From IMG/VR virus record IMGVR_UViG_3300032896_000431, positions 1,157-65,156 of that record: a stretch of 64,000 bases of DNA; one strand, given 5' to 3'. The notes below the pieces were generated by a model that saw only the letters and a list, made by a program, of their open reading frames with translations, was not told the DNA's origin and did no database searches. Below are positions 52,712 to 61,900 of the stretch, in pieces. Source of the DNA: a virus. Taxonomy: Duplodnaviria > Caudoviricetes. Numbering within the stretch: the first letter of the stretch is position 1; each line of letters opens with the position of its first letter. A program made the position numbers and the translations under genes.

Positions 52712-55700
52712 ATGGGTCTCTGGAAAATCTTCGCCGCCATCGGCATTGCCCCGAATGGGCGGAATATATGCGTAACCGCCTCGGTGAACGAGACATGGGA
52801 TCTCGATCTGGAGTATTCGCCGGTGCTCCAGGGCGCATTGTGGCCTGCTGATAATGCGGCCTGGGAGAAGTGGCAGACAGACTCGGTGGAGTCTGTTTCG
52901 CGGGTGGTGTATTTCAAGCAGGGCGTTAGCGATCCGTGCTTGGTGGTCGATACGGTACCGTCTAATACAACCGTCATATTCGATACGAAATTTTTTGGCC
53001 AGACCCAGACCCAGATCACGCTTAAAGGGGTTCTGCCAGCCGTGATTGTGGCTCCCGGTTCTACGCCGGACTACATGCCCCCGCTTGAGCTGAAAATCAC
53101 TAGATTTGGCGAGTCGTCCGGCCCTCCCTTCAGCGACGACGGATACCCAATTTTCGCCGACGGCCTTCTCGGTTCGCAACAAATTCCACCCAATACGAAA
53201 TTGCCGGATCTGGTCCACTATCCTGGGCTATACGAGTCGGGGAATCAGCCCGGACCGGCGGTCGCGGCCGCGCTCGGCCTCACCGTGCATAATTCGTTGC
53301 CGTTCAACGACTGGCGCCGGCCGATATCGCTGCGTTTCGTCGCGACGGACGACGGTCAGGGCGTGCGCCTGGTCATGTCGAGATACTTCGAGCTGGACAC
53401 CCAGTCCCAAATCCTGTCAGCTCCCTACTATTGCGAATTCCAAATATCTGTCGTCCCTACAACAGATGCAGACGAGATGCCTCGTACCTCGGTGTTCCCG
53501 GCGGACCGAGTCCCCACCGTTTTTACCCAGGAACAACCAGCTGATATTCTCAGTAAGGCCCGCTCCGGCACCGTCACTGAGTGGCCTACTTGGGACCTCG
53601 TGCTGGCAGGCATTTCTTATCGCGCCATCCAGGATTTTTGGAACACGGTGGTGGCGCGCCCATACCATCGCTCCATCCGTGTGGCGGCACAGAGCCGGCC
53701 GAATTCGGTCGTTCCATTCTGGCGCGACTCAGAGCCGCTCAACCCGATCCCGCCGCCGGCGCTCACGGAACCGGTCTACGCGCTGCGATTCAAAATCGCC
53801 GGCTGGCGGGACGTCAGCAAGCCGATCACGAAAGACAACCTTTTCGTGTGTGGTCTGGAGCTGACGCCCGAGACAGTCAATGCAGACCCATTCCCGAAAA
53901 TCGAAACCCAACTGGAATTCGCCGGCTTGGTAGATCATGGCGGAAATCCAGTCACGGTACAGATCGATCCGGGAAAACCAACCGGCAAGAAGTATTTCAT
54001 TACCCTTGCACTATATAAGCCAAAGACAATCCCGGAAAACGGAGCAATCAACGCAGCCTGGAACTTTAGCAAAGCCGAGTCGACGACGACGCATCAATCC
54101 GTGCGGATCGGCGCGATGGATCTCACCTTCCTGAACAGTGGTGCCGGCCTTGACTATCCCGGTGGTGCTCTGGCGCTGACCGTTCAGGTCGATTTCGAAA
54201 GACAGACGATTGGTGGCGAACCGTTCAGCATCCCGCGGCCTCGGGTGATTTCGCCAAGCAATCTGCCGGTCCTGGATGCGCGTCCCGGCGGCCAGGACAC
54301 GCCGGTCGGCGCCGAATATCTCCCATCCGAGCGCAGCGCTCAGTACGCGCGGCCTCCGGCGCTCGTGTTCGCACCGTATGCCACGCCAATCCCGCAGCCG
54401 CTTTTTCTGGAAGTTGCCGAAGATACCGGCGATCCAGAACACGGCGACGCGCAATCGCCGAAGCTCACGTTGCGTCTGAGGCAGCCGGAAGGGGCGCCAT
54501 CGGACTTTGGCCAGGTCATCGTGCTCGATCCAGCTCCATTCACCGTGGCCGCCGTGCAGGCAAAACTGCTGCGGCAGACCGCATCGAACCTGCTTGGCAC
54601 CTGGAGCAATGGCAGCGTCGATGGTTCGTCCTGGCAACTCGCGCTCGATCCAACCGGCTTCGCCCTGACCCTGCCGCCGCAGGCGATCGCAGAGACAATG
54701 TCGAAATGCGCGACCTCCGATGATCTTCAGCCCGGACAATTTTCGGACCTGCGCTTATCGCCGGTCGCCAGCGCGACCCTGGACGCGGCGCCGTTCCCTC
54801 AGCAGTTCGTCGAGCCATACTGGAATCTCCGCCGCCGGCTCGGCTTTCCTGGGCAGCGCGCGCCCGGTTCGGGGCTGAGAAGCTTGCGCTTCGAGCTGCT
54901 CTATGGTCTGCAAATCGACGTCAACGCGCCATTGATGTCCCTCGCGGAATTGCAATCGCGGATCGGTACGCCGCCTGGGCCACTTGACGATCCGCTGCCC
55001 TGGGCCAACGTGTCGCATGCACAGCAAATGCAGTTGCCGAAGGCCAACGAGGAATGGGCGGCGAAATACGCCGAACTCGACCGCCGGCTTGGCTGGCTGG
55101 AAATCTGGAGCCCGGCTCAACCGGCTGAATTCCAACTCAGTTCAAACGTGAATTTTACCCAGCGTGGCGCAGCGCTGAGCCAGATGCGCTCGCCGTTCGA
55201 CAAGCAGCACGACGCCTCGAAAATCGCCGGCGGATGGATGTGGGGCTTCGAGTCCGCCAACATCCTGGCGGCAGTCCAGCGTTCGGCGAGCTCGACCGGC
55301 GGTGAACTGGCTAGACCGGCGTTGTCCGCGCTTGGCGGATGGGGTTGGCAAAAAGCCTGGTTTGACAACAACCGCACGGCGATCATCGCGGACGTGGCGA
55401 TGGGGCGGACCGATTTCTACAGTCTGGAGCGGATCGGACGCATCGCGCCGTTCTGGAATACCGCCAAACACGTTATCGTCTATGAACGCACGGTGCGTCA
55501 GCATCGCGCTGAATTCAGCCGTACCGGGCTGGAGCGTCGACCGGTGCTACGCAAGGTCGCTGAGTACGTCGAGATCCTGCAGCCCGTGCGGCAACTGATC
55601 AACGACGGGACTGACAATCCGCTGGCCATGAGATTTTTCGAATCGGTCGAGTTTCCAAAACAGAACAATACTAATCCGCGGATTCCCGTTGACGGCGCCT

Positions 55701-58700
55701 GGGGTGGCGACTGGAACTCGGTCGATCCAAGCGGCAAAGCAGTCACCGGCTGGCAGGTTCCGCTGTGGCGTCCGGGAGAGGATCCGGCTGCCTATCCGAA
55801 GCCGCACATTCTCTCGCGCGTGACGGCGGTGCCGGGCAGCGCTGTGCCGGCGTCGACGGTCGAGCATGACAATCCGGACTTGTTCCGTTTCTATACCAGC
55901 ACTGTGGCCAGCGATCATGATGATCCCGATCAATGGCAGCCGGTGAAGGGCATCGATTTCGTCGATCGGCCAGTGACGATAGCGTCGCCCGCGCTGGATA
56001 ACCACAATCTGGATGCGTTGCTGCCCTCTCCAACGCCGATTGGCGTCGGGCTGGAACAATTCACCTTTGGCCTGAAGCCCGCGCCGGTCAAGGTGAATCT
56101 CACAGCCGGAAGCGCGACCGCCGTAGGTGCCACGCTGCGCAACGTGGTCGTGATGCGCGGAACCGGCGTTGGCAACTCAGCGGTCTCAGGGCCCTTGGAC
56201 GCCATCGTCAAGGCGTCTTCCAAGCTTGATGAGATTGAAAGCGCGGCCAACGGCGTGCTCGCGTCATATCCGCCGGACTCGCAGCTGAACTCCGTGCTGA
56301 CGGATTTGAAGCAAAAGTTGATGCGGTTGCCGGCCGCCACAGAGTGTCAGAACGCTCTGAATGGCGCACAAAGACTACTGGGCTCGCTGGCGGACAAAGC
56401 GCCGTGCGCCTTTCTCCAGCAGACTGCGACGAACAAAATCAACGATTACGCGACCAGTCTGAAAAACCAAATCGATCAGGTACAAACAAACCTGCTGTCG
56501 GCGCTCAGTAACATCTTGCCTTCAAGTATTGATCAGTTCAAGGTGCGTGCGAGGATCAAGCTGGCCCAGATCGTCGATCCCATCGCCTCTGTCTCCGGCG
56601 CGTTCGACGACGTGATCGAATCCGCGATTGCCCGGGTGCAATCCGCGATCCGATCGGTCAATTCCGCCCAATCAACGTTGCAACGGGAGGCTGAGACATT
56701 CTCACGGGGCGTGGCGCAAGTGATGCAAACGCCGCTGCCCAGTACCTTTACGCCGATCGGCAACACGCTCTTCGCGGATATCGACAGTTATCGGTCCGGA
56801 CTAGAAACGTTGCTGCGATCGACCGAGACGGGGGTTCAGGCGGTTGGCCAGATCCGCTTCGGCGGCCTGGTTCCCCCAGCCGGAGTAACTGGGCTTCCGG
56901 CGAGCCTAAGTGACGCGCTCGCCGCTGTACGCCGGACGTTGCCGGTCACGTTGGCGAAGTTGCGCGCCCGTGTGAACGCGCTCGCCGGAACGCCGGATGT
57001 TCAGTCGGTCAGCCAGGTCGTCGCGGATCTTGGAGGTTTGGCCAGGGCGGAGTGCAAGGTCGCATCGGATCAACTCGGCCTCGCATCTGGTCTGTTGCGA
57101 GCAGGTATCGATGCCCTGAATGCCGCGGGAATGGCGCGTGCCTCGGCGTACAACGCGCTGACCGGCCAACTGGCATCGGTCACGGCGCAGCTCGATCAGG
57201 CGCTCGATCAGATGGGCAGCGACGCCAACGCGTTTATTCAATCGGTCAAGGCGATACTGACGGATGCCAGCAATCAGATCAGCAACGCCGCCAATACGCT
57301 GAATGGCGTGGTGTCAACGGCGATACAAAACAACGTTTGCCCTCTATTGGCTAACCGACAAAGCTGGATTGGTCAGTGCACCGCTCTCGAGACCGCGATG
57401 GGCCGGGTCGGCGCGGGGATCTGCGCGGAACTGGATGCGTTGCTGGGCCAGTACCCTTACGCAACGATCGCAGGCGCGCGGCAATTGGTCAGCGATTTCC
57501 TCAACTCCTCGCGGATCGAAGTCGATCAGATCGCCGGACAGGCCCTGTCGTCTATCGACAGTAGCGGCAACCCTGTCTTCTTCTCCGGCGGCCGTGGCAT
57601 TTCGCTGCCGCGGGCGCTAGTCGAGGCGCCGGAAGCGCTTGGTCAGGCGATCAACCGCGAACTCGTGGCGCTGCACTTTCCGATCGCGAGCCCCACGATC
57701 AACATGACCCCGGTCGGCGTGCTGGTCGACCGAGTTGGCGGCGAACTCAAATCGCTCGGCGTGCGCATGCCGAGCACGAGCTTGTGGGACGGGTTCATAC
57801 CAGATACGAAGGCGATTGGCCTGAGCGACCTGCTACCGGATTTCTCCGGTCTGAAGCTGGATGGTTTGTTCAAGGGCATCTCGCTCACGGATCTCAAGAT
57901 CGACCAAATCAGGCTGTCTCACGGCATCGAAGCCGAAACGCACCGGGCCTGGCTCGAGGCGGCGATTAACATAAAGATGCCGCCCGACATGACGATCTTC
58001 AACTGGGAAGTGCTTGAACTGCACGTATTGGACGCGCGGTTTCAGGCCACGTCGCGTATCAGCGTCGACACCGCTGGCGCGGTTCAGCGCTCGGCCCAGG
58101 GAAGCATCACTGGAAACTGGGGACTGGTTATTTCGGGTGCGACATTCGTCACGTTCAACAATACGACGTTGACGTTCAATGATGGCCATATATCTTTCAT
58201 GCTCAATCCAAAAGACATCAATCTTAGTGGCGGACTACAGTTCCTCTCGACCTATCTCACCGATGTAAGCGGCCATCTGCCGGGCGGGCCCGACGCGGGC
58301 GTCGCGGTGCGGCAGATCGAGAACAATGGCTTGCCGGTTGGTGCCGAGGCGTTGCTCGATCTGCCATTGCCACCGTTGGATTTTGGCACCTTCGGCATCG
58401 CCAACGTCGAACTGATCGGCGCGCTTGGTCTTGGCCTGTTGGGCAGCGAAGATAGTTTCGCGGTACGGTTGATGTTTTCCTTGGCCGAACAGACGACGCC
58501 CTTTACGTTGTCCGTCTTCGTCCTGGGCGGCGGCGGCTGGCTCAATGCCGATTGCATCTACTATCCGCTGCTCGGCCGCCTCGACTCCGACATAACGATC
58601 AGCTTTGGCGCGACGGCGCGGCTCGCCGTCGATCTGGTGATCGTCAGCGGGTCGGTTGAACTGTATTTCGGTTTGGCGGCCGAGTTTCACTCGGGCGGTG

Positions 58701-58984
58701 GGACGTCGTTCTCGCTGGCGATCATCTTCGTCATGGACGGCAGCGTCTCAGTTCTTGGCATCCTGTCAATTGATCTGAACCTGACGCTGGAGGTAGTTTA
58801 CGATGGCCGTAACGTGACTGGCTTTGGAACGGTCCGCGTGCGTGCCAAACTGGGGCCGTTCTTCAGCATCTCGATCGACCAATCGGTGCAATACCAACTC
58901 GGCGACGCCAGCCAGCATCCAAGTGCGTTGGACATATCGGCGGCGGCGAACGATTACCATCAGCAACTTGATTCCGAAGGCTAG
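52712..58984 (+). CDS. Giant hypothetical protein (2090 aa): beta-rich N-terminus, amphipathic helical middle, beta-sheet C-terminus (DUF6603-like?)
   Basis: Intact ORF with GGAGG RBS; alternating Gly/hydrophobic strands over the last ~400 aa. Confidence 0.75.
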   Translation: MGLWKIFAAIGIAPNGRNICVTASVNETWDLDLEYSPVLQGALWPADNAAWEKWQTDSVESVSRVVYFKQGVSDPCLVVDTVPSNTTVIFDTKFFGQTQTQITLKGVLPAVIVAPGSTPDYMPPLELKITRFGESSGPPFSDDGYPIFADGLLGSQQIPPNTKLPDLVHYPGLYESGNQPGPAVAAALGLTVHNSLPFNDWRRPISLRFVATDDGQGVRLVMSRYFELDTQSQILSAPYYCEFQISVVPTTDADEMPRTSVFPADRVPTVFTQEQPADILSKARSGTVTEWPTWDLVLAGISYRAIQDFWNTVVARPYHRSIRVAAQSRPNSVVPFWRDSEPLNPIPPPALTEPVYALRFKIAGWRDVSKPITKDNLFVCGLELTPETVNADPFPKIETQLEFAGLVDHGGNPVTVQIDPGKPTGKKYFITLALYKPKTIPENGAINAAWNFSKAESTTTHQSVRIGAMDLTFLNSGAGLDYPGGALALTVQVDFERQTIGGEPFSIPRPRVISPSNLPVLDARPGGQDTPVGAEYLPSERSAQYARPPALVFAPYATPIPQPLFLEVAEDTGDPEHGDAQSPKLTLRLRQPEGAPSDFGQVIVLDPAPFTVAAVQAKLLRQTASNLLGTWSNGSVDGSSWQLALDPTGFALTLPPQAIAETMSKCATSDDLQPGQFSDLRLSPVASATLDAAPFPQQFVEPYWNLRRRLGFPGQRAPGSGLRSLRFELLYGLQIDVNAPLMSLAELQSRIGTPPGPLDDPLPWANVSHAQQMQLPKANEEWAAKYAELDRRLGWLEIWSPAQPAEFQLSSNVNFTQRGAALSQMRSPFDKQHDASKIAGGWMWGFESANILAAVQRSASSTGGELARPALSALGGWGWQKAWFDNNRTAIIADVAMGRTDFYSLERIGRIAPFWNTAKHVIVYERTVRQHRAEFSRTGLERRPVLRKVAEYVEILQPVRQLINDGTDNPLAMRFFESVEFPKQNNTNPRIPVDGAWGGDWNSVDPSGKAVTGWQVPLWRPGEDPAAYPKPHILSRVTAVPGSAVPASTVEHDNPDLFRFYTSTVASDHDDPDQWQPVKGIDFVDRPVTIASPALDNHNLDALLPSPTPIGVGLEQFTFGLKPAPVKVNLTAGSATAVGATLRNVVVMRGTGVGNSAVSGPLDAIVKASSKLDEIESAANGVLASYPPDSQLNSVLTDLKQKLMRLPAATECQNALNGAQRLLGSLADKAPCAFLQQTATNKINDYATSLKNQIDQVQTNLLSALSNILPSSIDQFKVRARIKLAQIVDPIASVSGAFDDVIESAIARVQSAIRSVNSAQSTLQREAETFSRGVAQVMQTPLPSTFTPIGNTLFADIDSYRSGLETLLRSTETGVQAVGQIRFGGLVPPAGVTGLPASLSDALAAVRRTLPVTLAKLRARVNALAGTPDVQSVSQVVADLGGLARAECKVASDQLGLASGLLRAGIDALNAAGMARASAYNALTGQLASVTAQLDQALDQMGSDANAFIQSVKAILTDASNQISNAANTLNGVVSTAIQNNVCPLLANRQSWIGQCTALETAMGRVGAGICAELDALLGQYPYATIAGARQLVSDFLNSSRIEVDQIAGQALSSIDSSGNPVFFSGGRGISLPRALVEAPEALGQAINRELVALHFPIASPTINMTPVGVLVDRVGGELKSLGVRMPSTSLWDGFIPDTKAIGLSDLLPDFSGLKLDGLFKGISLTDLKIDQIRLSHGIEAETHRAWLEAAINIKMPPDMTIFNWEVLELHVLDARFQATSRISVDTAGAVQRSAQGSITGNWGLVISGATFVTFNNTTLTFNDGHISFMLNPKDINLSGGLQFLSTYLTDVSGHLPGGPDAGVAVRQIENNGLPVGAEALLDLPLPPLDFGTFGIANVELIGALGLGLLGSEDSFAVRLMFSLAEQTTPFTLSVFVLGGGGWLNADCIYYPLLGRLDSDITISFGATARLAVDLVIVSGSVELYFGLAAEFHSGGGTSFSLAIIFVMDGSVSVLGILSIDLNLTLEVVYDGRNVTGFGTVRVRAKLGPFFSISIDQSVQYQLGDASQHPSALDISAAANDYHQQLDSEG

Positions 58985-58993
58985 GACCCAGCA

Positions 58994-61900
58994 ATGGCGC
59001 GCACTCTCGTCATAAAACTGGACCCGCATGAGCTTCTACCAACGTATTCCGCCGGCTGCACCGACTACAGCATAGCGCTGACCACCAGCGTCGACAGCGC
59101 GAGCGCCGACGCCGCCGACCCAGTCGTTGCTAAACAGTATCTGACGCCGTGGCGCTGGGAGGCAATTCAGGCGTTCCAAGTGTGGAATTTATCAACTCCG
59201 GTCGGACAGCCTGTCGACCAGATCAATACGGCGGTGACCGTCTCGCCGACGCCAGCAGGCACGCCAGACCTATCAAAATTCCTGAACACCCTTGACGGAA
59301 CGTTGCCTGATCCGACGCCGGGCGACCTTTTCTACGATGACAAGAATACGTCCGGTGATCCAGAGCAATGTTTCGCGACGAAGCTAGCGTCGCTGCAAGG
59401 CGTGGGCGCATCGACGCCACAATGGCTCAAGCTGGTCAGTTTCGCGCGGGTCAAAACCGCCGACTTACCGCCGCTCCCCCCGCCGGTGGGGCAACAACCG
59501 CGGAAAATAGCGCTCGTTCCGGTGATCGAAGTACCCGGTCTGGCGGCCGGCCAGAGTGTCGTGCTCACCCCGGATACAGTCAGTGCGCGTACCACGAAGC
59601 CAAAAAATGATGGGGGCGCGGCGGCGACGTTCAACTATCTTCAAAGTCCGGCAAACGCGTTGCCGTTCATTGTCCGGGGCGAAATCCAGCTTGATCCGCC
59701 CTGGCAACCGGACCCCGGCGCGCTCATCGATCCCAATAATCTGCTTGTCTTCGCCAGCGGACACCCGAACAACTTTGGCCTCTACAGCGATGACTGGCTG
59801 TCCGGGTTGGCCGCGCGGGTGGCCGAGGGAGCCGATCTGCTGAACCTGGTCGTCGCCTGGGCAGAAAAGTTTCTCTCGCTTGATCCGATCACCATTCCGA
59901 CTCCGTGTATTATTACGCCGAACCCGACCCACGGCGGGCTGTACACGGTGCGGCTGGCTTTTCTGGCGGCCTGCCGGAGCGTCGCGCATGCCGGCGCCAA
60001 GGCCGAAGCGGGCCAGGCCGCTCCACCTAAATTGCTCACGGACCCGCCCGACCCGGCTTCGCTCGCCGATGACCTGATCGCGGCAGTCAATCCAAGCGGT
60101 AACCCGAATGCGCGCCATGGTTTGGTTCGCGCCCTACGGGAGCAAGACGCGAACAGCGACAGCATTTACAGCGCCAATTGGGATCTATGGCGGAACAAGT
60201 TCAATTGCCTTCTGGGCAATCTGCCGGGCAAACCGGCGTGGCTTAACGGGGCGCTGGTTGCGCCATCGCAGACGGATCAACGGCTGACACGGGACGAGAT
60301 CGATCAGGAATTGCTGGGCATGCGCGCTATCAGCACGGCGCTGTGGCGCGCCGACATCGCGTCGACGGTAATCACTAAGCAATGGGAGGGAGTGACCGAC
60401 CCAACGACCAACGCGGTGATCGACCCGACGATCATCAGCTCGGCCCTGGCGGCGGCCCAGTCGCGCGATCGCGGTCTGCGTCGACAACTGACGCTCGGGT
60501 CATTCGGGCCAGACCTTTGGACGAAGCTGCTGACGCCGGCCACCGGCGTGACGGACCCGGTCGCGATCAGCCAGGCATTCCCGGAAGTCGTTGCCGATTA
60601 TGCAAAGGGCGCCCTGGGCGGCGCCTTACCCAATGCGCAATTTACTAGTTTCGTGACGGACAGGGCGATCGCCTATGCCTCGCTGGCGACGACCCCGACG
60701 TCGCCGCCACCAGCGGTGGGGCAGACGGCCAAAAACAGCCTTCTCGGCTTCAACCCAACACGCAAAGGGAATTGTGAATACGGCGACGGAACGCCGACGC
60801 AACAGTCTGGGGGGCTGGTCTATGCCTTCGATAGGGTCGGACCGGAAAACGGCGCGGCGGATTTTCTCAATCGGCTAGCCGGTGTGGTGGTGTTCCTGAA
60901 GCAGGGCAATGCTAGCGCGATCGGCCATACGTTGCAGGACCTGGCATCGCCCGCCAACCTGCAAGGCTGCTTTGGCTCGTGGCGCGCGCTGAACATCGCC
61001 GATCTTTACCTCAAATATAGCACTACCGATCCGGCGATCATTGAGCGCGCGATATTGCCCGCGGTCCGGTTTACCACCGATGGCGGCGTGCGCCACGCTC
61101 TGATCACCTACAACGCCCATCCGCTGATCGCCCGAAGTCCGGCGGCGAAGCTTGTCGGCGATGTCAACGCGACGCCGCCGCCGAAAGGGCTGTCGCGAGG
61201 CCCGATCGATACGGAATACCACGCGCCGAAAAAGCCCAATGGCCAATATGAGGATTGGGCCAGGCTGCCGGAGCTGCGGTTCGGCCAAGTTTACGCGCTG
61301 CAGGCCTTCGCGCGCACCCATGCGGGCGCGTTGCCCAGCGAACTGGTAGCGCCGGGTGGGCATCCCGCTTACCTCAAGCCCTGGAGCGAAACGGTCGATA
61401 TTGGCACTGTGTCGACGGATGGCACGGTTCTGGCTCGGGTCGCGCGGTATCTGCGTCGCGTCGCGGTCGGAGCTCCGGTGTGGCAGGCCGCGCCAGGCGA
61501 TCCCCGGTATGGCAAGGCATCGCCTCTGCCGGCGCCAACCTTGCCACCGATCCCCTCCGGCGTCACGCCGCTAGCTCCCGAAGTGCCGCCCTGGTCCGGA
61601 GGTGGCAGCTTCGATTTGCCGCTGCTGCTGTTGCAGCCGAACTGGAAAGCGCTGTCGCGGCCGGAGCAGCACCCGCCGCCGCCAGATACGATGGCGCCGA
61701 CGAGCTTCACGTTCCAGCTTCGCATGCCGACGGTGGACCTGGAGACCTGGGACCACTGGGTGGCGACAGGCGCGGTACGGCACACATCAGCGGCGGCCGT
61801 GGCGCAAAAGGCCGGCAACGCCGCGGCGGCGGACGCCGCGACTAAAGCCGCGAAGGCCGTCCAGGATCAGCGGATTAAGGTCAGAGCCGAGTATTACACC